Assembly: GCA_963817955.1 (NCBI GenBank)
Contig: CAWFQK010000009.1
Span: 128,001 to 192,000, forward strand
Reading direction: 5' to 3'
DNA: 64,000 nucleotides
DNA from: an uncultured Gemmatimonadaceae bacterium
Lineage (GTDB): Bacteria > Gemmatimonadota > Gemmatimonadetes > Gemmatimonadales > Gemmatimonadaceae
In this document: positions 50,460 to 60,256 of the stretch, piece after piece
How positions within the stretch are numbered: position 1 is the stretch's first letter
Layout: every line of letters starts with the position of its first letter
Translations under genes and position numbers: made by a program
Notes under the pieces: generated by a model
Told to the model about the DNA's origin: nothing
The model's database searches: none
The model's input: only the letters and a program-made list of their open reading frames with translations

Positions 50460-52418
50460 ATGGCTACTCACATCGCCGAAAGCGCCCCGGCGGAAGGGCA
50501 TTCCAGCTGGTCCATCGACGCGGCACGCGCGCTGTACAATGTCGAAGGATGGGGCGCGGGCTTTTTCGACATCAACGACCAGGGACACGTGGTGGTTCGC
50601 CCCGACAAGGAGCGGCCCGAACACGCCATCGATCTGTTCGAGATCACCAATGACCTCGAGGAGCAAGGCATTGCCTTGCCCGTGCTGCTCCGCTTCTCCG
50701 ACATCCTGCGGTCGCGCATCGAGGCGTTGAGCACGCGCTTCGATCAAGCGCGCGAGGAGTTCGGCTACACCGGCGGGTACACCACCGTGTATCCGATCAA
50801 GGTGAACCAGCAGCGGCACGTCGTCGAAGAGATTGTCGAATTCGGCAAGGCACATCGGGTTGGTCTCGAGTGCGGCAGCAAGCCGGAACTCCAGGCCATT
50901 CTTGGCATGGCCGAGAACACCGAGCACATGATCATCTGCAATGGCTACAAGGATGAGGAGTTCATGCGCCTCGCCCTCATGGGCCAGAAGCTCGGGCATC
51001 AGGTCCACATCGTCATCGAACAGCTCAGCGAGATCGACGTGCTGCTGCAGATCGCCGACGAGATGGGCGTCACGCCGACGGCGGGCGTTCGGATCAAGCT
51101 GGCGTCGCGTGGGTTTGGGCGTTGGAAGGAGAGCGGCGGCGAGAAGTCGAAGTTCGGGCTCAACGCCGCACAGCTCGTGCAGGCCATCGACAAGCTGCGG
51201 GCGGCGAATCGGCTCGACATGGTCAAGCTGATCCATTTCCACCTCGGCTCCCAGATCACCGATATCCGGTTCATCAAGCTCGGGCTCCAGGAATTGACGC
51301 GCTTCTACGTCGAGCTGCGCCGGGCGGGGCTCGACATCACACATGTAGACGTGGGCGGCGGCCTGGGCGTGGATTACGACGGCACGAACTCCACGTCGGA
51401 CGCGAGCGTCAATTACTCGTTGCAGGAGTACGCGAACGACGTCGTGTACACGCTGGCCGAAGCCTGTCGCGAGCACGAAATCCCCATGCCGCACATCATC
51501 AGCGAGTCGGGACGCGCGCTCACCGCGCATCACGCGCTGCTGCTGATCAAGGTCATCGACGTCGAATCGCAGAGTGAACGCCCCGTGCCGGACCTCACGG
51601 ATGACGATCACCAGTTGTTGCACGAGATGCTCGCCGATTATCGCGACGTGTCGCGGAAGAACGTGTCGAAGCGGCGAGTGCGGGAAGTCTTCCACGACCT
51701 CACGTTCGACAAGGAGCGCGCGCAGGAGTTCTTCAACAGCGGCGTCTTCTCCCTACGTGAGCGCGCGCTGTCGGAGCAGCTCTATTTCGCCACGATGAAC
51801 GTGCTGTCCCGGTCAGTGGAGCGGAACCGCGACGATTTCGAGGACATCGTGTCCGACCTCGACGCGACCCTCGTCGACCGCTACTTCTGCAACTTCTCGC
51901 TCTTCCAATCGCTGCCGGACAGCTGGGCAATCGATCAGCTGTTTCCGATCATGCCCATCCATCGGCTCGACGAGGAGCCGTTGCGCCGCGGGTCGATCCA
52001 GGATGTCACGTGCGATTCGGATGGTAAAATCGATCGCTTCGTTGGCGACAAGGGTGGTCGGCCCAGCCTGGAGTTGCACGAGTTCCGCGACGGCGAGCCC
52101 TACATGCTCGGCGTCTTTCTCACCGGCGCGTACCAGGAGATTCTGGGCGACCTGCACAACCTGTTCGGCGATACGAACGCGGTGCACATCCGTCTTGCGC
52201 CGAGCGGCGGCTACGAGGTCACGGACCTGGTGCACGGCGACACCGTGACCGAAGTGCTCAACTACGTGCAGTTCCGCGCGTCAGACTTGCTGCAGACGTT
52301 TCGGCGCAAGGTGGCCGCTGCCAAGCACCTCAGCCGGCAGGAGGCGAACACCTTCATTGCCGACTATGTCGCGGGGCTCGAGGGATACACGTACCTGGAA
52401 GGGGACGCAGCGCAGTAA
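50460..52418 (+). CDS. speA: Biosynthetic arginine decarboxylase
   Basis: YPIKVNQ (PLP lysine), HFHLGSQI, DVGGGLGVDYDG, ESGRA, TCDSDG, GAYQEILG. Confidence 0.97.
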   Translation: MATHIAESAPAEGHSSWSIDAARALYNVEGWGAGFFDINDQGHVVVRPDKERPEHAIDLFEITNDLEEQGIALPVLLRFSDILRSRIEALSTRFDQAREEFGYTGGYTTVYPIKVNQQRHVVEEIVEFGKAHRVGLECGSKPELQAILGMAENTEHMIICNGYKDEEFMRLALMGQKLGHQVHIVIEQLSEIDVLLQIADEMGVTPTAGVRIKLASRGFGRWKESGGEKSKFGLNAAQLVQAIDKLRAANRLDMVKLIHFHLGSQITDIRFIKLGLQELTRFYVELRRAGLDITHVDVGGGLGVDYDGTNSTSDASVNYSLQEYANDVVYTLAEACREHEIPMPHIISESGRALTAHHALLLIKVIDVESQSERPVPDLTDDDHQLLHEMLADYRDVSRKNVSKRRVREVFHDLTFDKERAQEFFNSGVFSLRERALSEQLYFATMNVLSRSVERNRDDFEDIVSDLDATLVDRYFCNFSLFQSLPDSWAIDQLFPIMPIHRLDEEPLRRGSIQDVTCDSDGKIDRFVGDKGGRPSLELHEFRDGEPYMLGVFLTGAYQEILGDLHNLFGDTNAVHIRLAPSGGYEVTDLVHGDTVTEVLNYVQFRASDLLQTFRRKVAAAKHLSRQEANTFIADYVAGLEGYTYLEGDAAQ

Positions 52419-52445
52419 AGGCACTCGTTCCTCGTTCGCTCCTAG

Positions 52446-52481
52446 CGCCGGGTGCCTGGCTCGCGAGCCAGGCACCCGGCG
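52446..52481. terminator. Perfect 36-bp palindrome between convergent genes
   Basis: CGCCGGGTGCCTGGCTCG|CGAGCCAGGCACCCGGCG. Confidence 0.6.
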
Positions 52482-52495
52482 GGCGAATGTGAGCG

Positions 52496-53098
52496 TCAGC
52501 GGCCGTAACGCTTCGCCACCGCTTCCCAGTTCACCACGTTCCACCACGCGGCGATGTAATCTGGACGCTTGTTCTGATACTTGAGGTAGTAGGCGTGCTC
52601 CCACACGTCGAGACCAAGGATCGCCGTCTTGCCGTCCATGAGTGGGTTGTCCTGGTTCGGCGTGCTGGTGATCGACAGCGTGCCGCCGTCGTTGATCAAC
52701 CACGCCCATCCGGATCCAAACCGTGCCGCACCAGCGGCAGCGAACTGTTGTTTGAATTTGCTGAAGTCACCGAATGCACTCTTGATGGCGTCGGCGAGCA
52801 TGCCACTCGGCTCTCCGCCGGTGCCCGGGACCATGATCTCCCAGAACATCGAGTGATTCCAATGGCCGCCGCCGTTGTTGCGCACCGCCGTACGCACTGC
52901 CTCGGGTGCGCTGTTGATGCCACGCATCAGCTCATCGAGTGATTTGTTCCGGAGCTCCGGCGCCTTCTCGATGGCGGCATTGAGATTGTTGATGTACGCC
53001 TGATGATGCTTGGTGTGGTGGATTTCCATCGTGCGCGCGTCAATGTGCGGCTCGAGCGCGTCGTACGCATACGGCAGCGAAGGCAACGTGAACGACAT
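52496..53098 (-). CDS. sodA: Superoxide dismutase (Mn-type likely)
   Basis: [32 protein letters not shown]. Confidence 0.93.
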   Translation of the reverse strand: MSFTLPSLPYAYDALEPHIDARTMEIHHTKHHQAYINNLNAAIEKAPELRNKSLDELMRGINSAPEAVRTAVRNNGGGHWNHSMFWEIMVPGTGGEPSGMLADAIKSAFGDFSKFKQQFAAAGAARFGSGWAWLINDGGTLSITSTPNQDNPLMDGKTAILGLDVWEHAYYLKYQNKRPDYIAAWWNVVNWEAVAKRYGR

Positions 53099-53134
53099 GA
53101 TGGTCTCCTCGTGGTCTGTCTGTCGCGAGGCACG

Positions 53135-53767
53135 CTACGCGGCCGGCGACTTCGTCCTGGCGCGATACCAGCCAATGAGGCCCGGCAGCAGCGAGACGAA
53201 GATCACCAGTAGGATCACGCTCTCGATGTGCCGGTCGACACCCGGAATGTAGCGCCCCAGGAAATAGCCGATGAACAGCATGCTCCAGATCCACCCGAGG
53301 GCACCGAGAACGTTGTAAATCGCGTAGGACCGGTATCGCATTTGCGCCATGCCAGCCACGACCGGCACGAAGGTGCGAACGATAGGCATGAATCGCGCAA
53401 TGACGACGGTGGATCCGCCATGACGTTCATAGAACTCGTGGGCGCGGTACAGGTGTTTCTTGTTGAAGAGCAGGGAATCTTCGCGCGAAAAGAGCCGAGG
53501 GCCGGCCGCCTTGCCAATGGCGTAGCCCGCCGTGTTGCCCAGGATCGACGCCACCGTGAGCAGCAGGCCAAGGCCCCAGACGTTGAAGAGTCCGGTCGTG
53601 GCGGCGAGCAGCCCAGCCGTCACGATCAACGAATCGCCCGGCAGGAAGAAACCGACCAGCAGTCCAGTTTCCGCGAAGATGATGGTCGTCAGGCCAACGT
53701 ATCCGCCCCACTGAATGAGCGCGCGAACGTCCCGGATTGTATGAATGAAATCGAGCAGCGATTGCAT
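53135..53767 (-). CDS. dedA: DedA/VTT-family membrane protein
   Basis: FAETGLLVGFFLPGDSL, ARF.PIVRTF. Confidence 0.9.
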   Translation of the reverse strand: MQSLLDFIHTIRDVRALIQWGGYVGLTTIIFAETGLLVGFFLPGDSLIVTAGLLAATTGLFNVWGLGLLLTVASILGNTAGYAIGKAAGPRLFSREDSLLFNKKHLYRAHEFYERHGGSTVVIARFMPIVRTFVPVVAGMAQMRYRSYAIYNVLGALGWIWSMLFIGYFLGRYIPGVDRHIESVILLVIFVSLLPGLIGWYRARTKSPAA

Positions 53768-53797
53768 GTGGTTGCGCTGGGGGGGAGAGGGTAGGCG

Positions 53798-55030
53798 ATG
53801 AGCACCGAAAGCTCCACGCGCGGGCACCGGGAATCAACTGGCGGCGTGCGTCATCCTTCGGTCCGGCAGCTCGACCAGGCGCAGGAACGCGCCCTCGAGC
53901 TGCCCATGCCGCCGCGGGATCGCTGGTGGAACCGCCGAGGGGTCACCCCGCACGGTGAGCGGGTTCTCGATGTCGTGAGCGCTGTCGTCTTATTGGTGCT
54001 CGCCGCCGGTTGGGGATGGTCGATCGCCAATGCACGCACGCTCTCGGCCGCACCGGCGACGGGCACAGCGGTGACGTCGGCCGGGATCATCGCGAGCGCA
54101 TTGACGCACCGCGACGCCCCGAGCACGGCGTATCTCACGGACGCCACCCTCAACGCCATTACCGCTCAGATGCTCGCTACGGCTCGCGGTGCCAGCGGCA
54201 AGCTCGACGTTGTGATTCAGCCCACACCATCGCCGTTGGCGACCGACAGGCTTCCGTCTGGTGCACAACTCGAATACCGGCAGAATGGGCAGATGGCATC
54301 CGCGCCGCGCGGTGCCGGCATCTGGAATGTGCTACTCGCGATCGGGAATGCTGTACGACCGGTAGCGGGGTTCAATGTGATCACCATGCTACCGTTCTCC
54401 GCCAAGCGAAACGGACACGTCGGGCTGTACTACGTAGGCAACTGGCCAAGCGAGCACGGCACGGTGGGACCGTCAAAGGCACCGTCGAATGCATACATGA
54501 ATCCTGCGGGATTCATCGAAGTCACTCCGCAGAATGCTGACACATATGTATCCGAGCATTTCAAGTTGCGTGATTTCCTCACCCACGATCAGCCGAATGT
54601 CTGGCCGAAGTACATCGTGCTCCAGGCCAGGTTGGTGGACAAGCTCGAACTCGTGCTGTCGGACTTGCAGAGGCACGGAGTGGATGTACACGGAGTTCAC
54701 GTGATGAGCGGCTTCCGCACGCCACAGTACAACTACACCGGCGGAAACACGGGCGGCCGAGCCAACCTCAGCCGCCACATGTATGGCGATGCGGCGGACA
54801 TCTACATCGACGACAATGGCGATGGGCAGATGGACGACCTCAACCATGACGGCAAGATCAGCATCGCCGATGCGCAGGTGATCGAAGCTGCCGTGGATCG
54901 CGTTGAAGCAGCACATCCGGAGTTGGTGGGCGGAACAGGCGTGTATACTGCCGCGCCCGGGCACGGACCTTTCATTCACATCGACACGCGCGGCTATCGT
55001 GCGCGGTGGTCGGGGACTTCAGGAGGCTGA
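53798..55030 (+). CDS. Membrane-anchored peptidase M15A-like (Zn D-Ala-D-Ala) protein
   Basis: N-terminal TM, SGFRT, SRHMYGDAAD, FIHIDTRG, and an EF-hand-like DLNHDGKI. Confidence 0.75.
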   Translation: MSTESSTRGHRESTGGVRHPSVRQLDQAQERALELPMPPRDRWWNRRGVTPHGERVLDVVSAVVLLVLAAGWGWSIANARTLSAAPATGTAVTSAGIIASALTHRDAPSTAYLTDATLNAITAQMLATARGASGKLDVVIQPTPSPLATDRLPSGAQLEYRQNGQMASAPRGAGIWNVLLAIGNAVRPVAGFNVITMLPFSAKRNGHVGLYYVGNWPSEHGTVGPSKAPSNAYMNPAGFIEVTPQNADTYVSEHFKLRDFLTHDQPNVWPKYIVLQARLVDKLELVLSDLQRHGVDVHGVHVMSGFRTPQYNYTGGNTGGRANLSRHMYGDAADIYIDDNGDGQMDDLNHDGKISIADAQVIEAAVDRVEAAHPELVGGTGVYTAAPGHGPFIHIDTRGYRARWSGTSGG

Positions 55031-55031
55031 C

Positions 55032-55508
55032 GTGGCGGAGCATCGAAGAATGGCGGACGGTGACACGATGACAACGGAGCCGGGGCCGACGGGCGCGTCG
55101 GAGCATCGGGACGGGAAGCCAGAGCCGGAAGAGCATCCGATCAAAGAGGTGCGGGCGTCCGACATCGAGCCGTACACCGGGTTGGGATACCTGTCCAAAC
55201 TGTTTCGGTTGATGGCCATCATTCTCCTCCTGCTGCTGATTGCCGAGGTGGTGACTGGCATCTATACGCAAGGCTCAGGGGCTGTACCGACGCTGCTCGG
55301 TGAAGCGAGCCGGCTCATCGTGCTGGCCGGCGTGCTGTGGGGCACCGGCGACCTTGCGAACCTGCTGATCGACGTGGGCCACGACGTGCGCGCTGCGCGC
55401 ATTCTGATGGCGCGAATTGCACATGCGGCGAAGGTCGCGCCGCTGACGGTCACGCGTGGAGCGTCAGGCAATTCTACGGTGAACGATGGCACGCCGCGAA
55501 TTCCGTGA
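55032..55508 (+). CDS. Hypothetical membrane protein
   Basis: Two TM segments (EPYTGLGYLSKLFR...LLIDVGHDVRAAR). Start uncertain. Confidence 0.7.
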   Translation: MAEHRRMADGDTMTTEPGPTGASEHRDGKPEPEEHPIKEVRASDIEPYTGLGYLSKLFRLMAIILLLLLIAEVVTGIYTQGSGAVPTLLGEASRLIVLAGVLWGTGDLANLLIDVGHDVRAARILMARIAHAAKVAPLTVTRGASGNSTVNDGTPRIP

Positions 55509-55543
55509 CCGGGCGCGGCACGAACTTCAACGGAGAACGGGAA

Positions 55544-55696
55544 ATGCTCATCACGCTCGCGATTGTCCTGATCATCCTGTGGGCGCTTGGGTTCCTGGCG
55601 TTCCACGTCACCAGCGGCTTGATTCACCTGCTACTGGTCATTGCGCTCATCGTTATTGTCTTCCGCCTGGTTACGGGTCGGCGTCCAGTCGTCTGA
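55544..55696 (+). CDS. Small membrane protein (lmo0937/DUF5670-like)
   Basis: 50 aa MLITLAIVLIILWALG...GLIHLLLVIA...GRR with GGAG RBS. Confidence 0.8.
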   Translation: MLITLAIVLIILWALGFLAFHVTSGLIHLLLVIALIVIVFRLVTGRRPVV

Positions 55697-55783
55697 CGAC
55701 TCCCTTGCGCATGACGAACGGCCGCAGCGAACTTCGCCGCGGCCGTTCTGCGTAGTGGCCGCTTCTGACTGCCTCGCTTGCTC

Positions 55784-58414
55784 ATGACCCTCGACGTCCA
55801 CATAGTCTCGCACACCCACTGGGATCGGGAGTGGTATCACCCAGCCGAGCGGTTTCGACAGCGGCTGGTGGCGCTCGTGGACGAGTTGCTGGACGAGCCG
55901 CCGTCGCCAGGCGAGAGTTTTCTCCTCGATGGGCAGGCGATCGTGCTCGAGGATTACCTCGCCGTACGACCCGAGCGTGACGCGCAGCTCCGTTCGCTGC
56001 TGCAAACCGGCCAACTCGAAGCAGGGCCGTGGTATGTGCTCAGCGACGAGCTGATTCCGAGCGGCGAGGCGCTCGTCCGAAACCTGATCGCGGGTCGGCG
56101 CGTGCTCGAGCGCCTCGACGCGACCGCGCCTCCGATACTGTACTGCCCCGACTCGTTCGGCCACCCGGCCGCGCTGCCAGCGATCGCCGCCGGCTTTGGG
56201 CTTCCGATAGTCATTGCGTGGCGCGGGTATGGTGGTGCGCGTTGGCCAGCGGGCGACACCGCAACATGGTCAGCCCCAAGCGGCGATGACGTGCTGTTGT
56301 TCCATCTGCCTCGAAACGGATACGAGTTCGGGTCACACTTGCCGCTCGATGCGGATTCCGCCGCTGTACGTTGGAACGCCATGCGTGACGAGCTGGTGCC
56401 ACGCTCCACCACGGGTGTGATGCTGGTGCAGAATGGCGCAGATCACCACGCGCGACAGCGCGGCCACCATGAAGCGCTCTCGGCACTGGAGCGCGCGGGA
56501 AAAGCGGATGGTGTGCATCGGAGCTCACTTCGCGCCTTCGCTGAGCGGTTGCTCGAACGCGCCGGTGCGCAGCGACTGCCCATTGTTCGGGGTGAGTTGC
56601 GCGATTCGTATGGGTACACCTGGGCCTTGCAGGGGACGTTCGGCACGCGTGCGCACCAAAAGCGCCTGAACGCCATCGCAGAACGAGTGTTGCTCCGCGA
56701 GGCGGAGCCGTGGAGCGCGCTCGCCGCGTATAGCGGCGCGTCGCGCCGCGGACTGATCGCCGCTGCCTGGCGGTCGCTCCTTGCCGCACAGCCGCACGAT
56801 ACGCTCTGCGGTTGCTCGATCGACGAGGTTGCGCTAGCGATGGAGTTGCGGGTTCGATCGGCCACGAATCAGGCTCATGGTATCCGCGACGACTCCATCG
56901 CTGACGTCATCGCATACGACGCCGACTCGGCACGCGAAGCGCGCGCGCGCTGGAACGCCGTGGTGCTCATCCGGAATCCCGCTCCCCGACCACGGTCGGG
57001 CGTCGCGATCATCGAGATCGAGGAGTTCGTTGCCGATGTGCCTGTCGGGCCAGGTTCCGCGCCGACGTCTCAGCCGCACGGCGTCGATCCCAGACATATA
57101 CCGGTGGTTCCAACGCTCGGAGCGCTCCAGGTGCTGTCGCGCTCGATGCGGAACTCTCGTACGGAATCGCTGCGACACTATCCGGACAACGATCTCGTTG
57201 CGGTGACCCGCGTCGCCGCGTGGGTGGCCGATGCGCCGCCGTACGGCATCGTGAGTCATTCGATCGCCGCCGGTGATGCGACGTACCTGCCAACGCCGTC
57301 GCCGGTCGTCGTCGCGAATCAACAGATGAGCAACGGCAATCTCGTTGTGGATGTCGGTGAGGACGGGCGGGTATCGCTCACACACACGGAGACGGAACGG
57401 CGCATTCCGTCGCTGCTCGATGTCATCGATGAGGCCGACGTCGGCGACTTGTACACGCCCGCTCCGCGGACTCGTGACGTCGCGACTGAGTTCCTCGGCG
57501 TGCGTCGGATGCATCGCGGACCGCTTCGCGGCGAGTTGGCGCTCCGCTTTCGTATTGTCGATCCGTCGGGCGCCCGCCGTCGGCTCGACGTGCAGCTGGT
57601 TGTTCATCTCACCCTCGATGCTGGCGCGCATTTTCTGCGCGTCGGCGTGTCCGGGGAGAATTGGCGTAGGAATCATCGACTTCGTCTGCTGCTGCGCGGC
57701 GACGTGCGACCGGGGGCCGTGTGGGCCGATGCCGCGTTTGGGCCGGTCCGGCGCGAGCCGATTGCCATCGCGCCGGCAGAGGCGGAGGTGGAGGCTGCAC
57801 CGCCGACAGCACCATTGCATCGCTACGTCTCCGCATTCTCCGATGATCCAGGCTTCACGGTGTTCAGTGATGGATTGGCCGAGTATGAGGCGACTGCAGA
57901 GGGCATTGCCATTACGCTGGTGCGTTCCGTGGGGGAGCTATCGCGGAACGATCTGCCGGAACGGCCCGGGCACGCAGGTTGGCCAACGCCTACGCCCGGC
58001 GCGCAGTGCCTTGGGCTCTTCGGCGCCGAGTTCGCCGTCCTCCTGCACGGCCCCCGGACGCCGGACACGATCGATCACATCGAGCGGACGGCCGACGATG
58101 TGCTCTGCCCGATTACTGGCACCACGCTTCGCTCCGCCCTTCAGCTTCCGGCGCCCGTCCGCGGTCCGGAACTGATGGGTCTGGGACTCGCGTTCTCCGC
58201 GTGCAAGGAAAGTGATGACGGCGGATGGCTGGTGCTCCGCTGCGTGAACCTGCGCGACGAGGACGTTGCCGGCGTTTGGAGACTGCCGTTCGCGCCGCGC
58301 GAGGCCCACCTGGCGCGTATTGATGAAACGAGAATGAGCACACTCGACATTTTCGGTGCCGATGTGCCGTTCCAGGCGCAGCCCCGCGGCATCGTGACCA
58401 TTCTCGTGCGCTGA
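55784..58414 (+). CDS. GH38 alpha-mannosidase / mannosylglycerate hydrolase-like
   Basis: HTHWDREWY, LDGQ, GPWY, PDSFGH, HDTLCGCS. Confidence 0.9.
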   Translation: MTLDVHIVSHTHWDREWYHPAERFRQRLVALVDELLDEPPSPGESFLLDGQAIVLEDYLAVRPERDAQLRSLLQTGQLEAGPWYVLSDELIPSGEALVRNLIAGRRVLERLDATAPPILYCPDSFGHPAALPAIAAGFGLPIVIAWRGYGGARWPAGDTATWSAPSGDDVLLFHLPRNGYEFGSHLPLDADSAAVRWNAMRDELVPRSTTGVMLVQNGADHHARQRGHHEALSALERAGKADGVHRSSLRAFAERLLERAGAQRLPIVRGELRDSYGYTWALQGTFGTRAHQKRLNAIAERVLLREAEPWSALAAYSGASRRGLIAAAWRSLLAAQPHDTLCGCSIDEVALAMELRVRSATNQAHGIRDDSIADVIAYDADSAREARARWNAVVLIRNPAPRPRSGVAIIEIEEFVADVPVGPGSAPTSQPHGVDPRHIPVVPTLGALQVLSRSMRNSRTESLRHYPDNDLVAVTRVAAWVADAPPYGIVSHSIAAGDATYLPTPSPVVVANQQMSNGNLVVDVGEDGRVSLTHTETERRIPSLLDVIDEADVGDLYTPAPRTRDVATEFLGVRRMHRGPLRGELALRFRIVDPSGARRRLDVQLVVHLTLDAGAHFLRVGVSGENWRRNHRLRLLLRGDVRPGAVWADAAFGPVRREPIAIAPAEAEVEAAPPTAPLHRYVSAFSDDPGFTVFSDGLAEYEATAEGIAITLVRSVGELSRNDLPERPGHAGWPTPTPGAQCLGLFGAEFAVLLHGPRTPDTIDHIERTADDVLCPITGTTLRSALQLPAPVRGPELMGLGLAFSACKESDDGGWLVLRCVNLRDEDVAGVWRLPFAPREAHLARIDETRMSTLDIFGADVPFQAQPRGIVTILVR

Positions 58415-58415
58415 A

Positions 58416-59279
58416 TCAGGCGCGATCGCGAAGGGTTGTTGCGGTTTCGCCGGCGAGTCGGTCGCGCAGTGCGTCACCAAGAAGTGTGCAGGCAAGCACC
58501 GTGGCAATCAGTGCCAGGCCGGGTGCGATGGCGACCCACGGTGCCGACACGATGAGGTCGCGGCCACCGGCGATCATGTTACCCCAGCTCGGGCGCGGCG
58601 GCTGTATGCCGAGACCAAGAAAGGACAGACCGCTCTCGAGCAAAATCGCATTCCCGACGCCGAGCGTCGTCGCGACGATCGCTGGCCCAAGGGCGTTCGG
58701 CAGCGCGTGACGCCAGAGCACTCGGGACGACGTCGCACCGAGGGCAGTCGCCGCGTCCACGTATGATTGTGTGCGCACGCCGAGCAGTTCTGCGCGGACG
58801 AGGCGGGCGACGCCCATCCATCCCGTGGCGACGAGAACCACCACCACTGTTGCGAGGCCTGGACGCCACAGCGCAGCGCAGACGAGCAGGAGCACCAGCC
58901 GCGGCAGTGCGAGCAGGGCGTCGGCAATCGCCATCAGTGCGTGGTCGAGCGCGCCTCCTACCCACGCGCTCAACGCGCCGGCTGCGGTGCCGACGGCGCT
59001 CGCCAGGAGCGATCCGACGATGCCAACGGCAAGTGATATACGTCCCGCGAGCATCATGCGCACGAACAGGTCGCGCCCGAACCGATCGGTGCCGAGGAGA
59101 TGCAGCGTGCCGGACGCGTCGCGTGCACCGGGCGGCAGGAGGCGCAGCGCCAGCACGTCTCCAATGGCCAGGGGATCCTGTCCGGATAAGAGCGGAACCA
59201 GTATGACAAGGAGCACGAGCACCGCGAGCATCAGCGCCGCAACTCGTTCCACCCCTCGCAGACGTCCCAGTGCGGTCAT
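58416..59279 (-). CDS. Peptide/nickel ABC permease (DppC-like)
   Basis: LGTDRFGRD, EAA-like loop (YVDAA.ALG), LSFLGLG...P.PSWG. Confidence 0.92.
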   Translation of the reverse strand: MTALGRLRGVERVAALMLAVLVLLVILVPLLSGQDPLAIGDVLALRLLPPGARDASGTLHLLGTDRFGRDLFVRMMLAGRISLAVGIVGSLLASAVGTAAGALSAWVGGALDHALMAIADALLALPRLVLLLVCAALWRPGLATVVVVLVATGWMGVARLVRAELLGVRTQSYVDAATALGATSSRVLWRHALPNALGPAIVATTLGVGNAILLESGLSFLGLGIQPPRPSWGNMIAGGRDLIVSAPWVAIAPGLALIATVLACTLLGDALRDRLAGETATTLRDRA

Positions 59280-60247
59280 GTCCGGCGGCGTGGATCGATG
59301 AGTGGCAGCGCCAGGTCGCCGGCCAGATTCGCCGCGAGCACGAGCGCAGCATACACGGCTGCCGCTCCCATCACGAGCGGATAGTCGCGGGCGATGATGG
59401 CGTTCACCATCAGCCGGCCCATTCCGGGCCACGCAAACACTGCTTCCACGAAGATGGATCCCGCCACCAATCCCGGGAGTGACAGGGCGAACAGAACGAC
59501 GAGGGCGGGCAGCACGGTGGCCAGCACGTGGCGGAAGTACACTCGCGCGTCCGACGCACCCTTCGCGCGTGCGGTACGCACGAAGTCTTGGGCGAGCACG
59601 TCCGCAATGCTCGACCGGGAGTATCGTGCGATTCCGGCCGCACCCACGGACGCGAGAATCGTCACCGGAAGGATGGCGTGTCGCACTAAGTCGGCGAGCG
59701 CGGCCCCGCCATGGAGGTCGAGCCCCGGTGATCGAATACCGAACGCCGGCAGGCGCAGCCCCTGCGGCAAGCCCCAAGCAGCCGCACCGTAGGTGAATAT
59801 TGCCACCAGCGCCAGCGCCAGCCAGAAGCTCGGGGCGGCATAGACGACGGTTGTGAGCGCAGTAAGAACTTGATCGAGGGGACGGCCCCGCCGCACTGCC
59901 TGCAACATTCCGATCGGTACGCCGATGAGGAACGTGAGCGCAAGCGACGCGGCGCCCAGCCCGATCGAAATCGGTAGCGCGTCCGCGAGTGCCTGGCGAA
60001 CGGGTTGATGAAGCGAGAAGCTCTCACCCAGGTTCCCCCGCAGCAATTCGTTGCCCCATCGCACATATTGCACGGCGAGCGAGCGATCGAGGCCGAACTC
60101 GGCGCGCGCCCGCGCGATGTCGGCCGCCGTCGCCGACGGTGGAACCAGCAAAGTCGCGGCGTCCCCCGGAGCCAGTCGGATGAGCGCGAAGGTGATCGTG
60201 AGCACCAACCAGAGCAGCAACAGCGCGCCGACGAGTCGGCGTAGCAC
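59276..60247 (-). CDS. Peptide/nickel ABC permease (DppB-like)
   Basis: APGD, G.LG.S, DFVRTARAKG, E.VFAWPG.G, RDYP. Start uncertain. Confidence 0.92.
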   Translation of the reverse strand: MLRRLVGALLLLWLVLTITFALIRLAPGDAATLLVPPSATAADIARARAEFGLDRSLAVQYVRWGNELLRGNLGESFSLHQPVRQALADALPISIGLGAASLALTFLIGVPIGMLQAVRRGRPLDQVLTALTTVVYAAPSFWLALALVAIFTYGAAAWGLPQGLRLPAFGIRSPGLDLHGGAALADLVRHAILPVTILASVGAAGIARYSRSSIADVLAQDFVRTARAKGASDARVYFRHVLATVLPALVVLFALSLPGLVAGSIFVEAVFAWPGMGRLMVNAIIARDYPLVMGAAAVYAALVLAANLAGDLALPLIDPRRRT

Positions 60248-60256
60248 GACAGTGGG

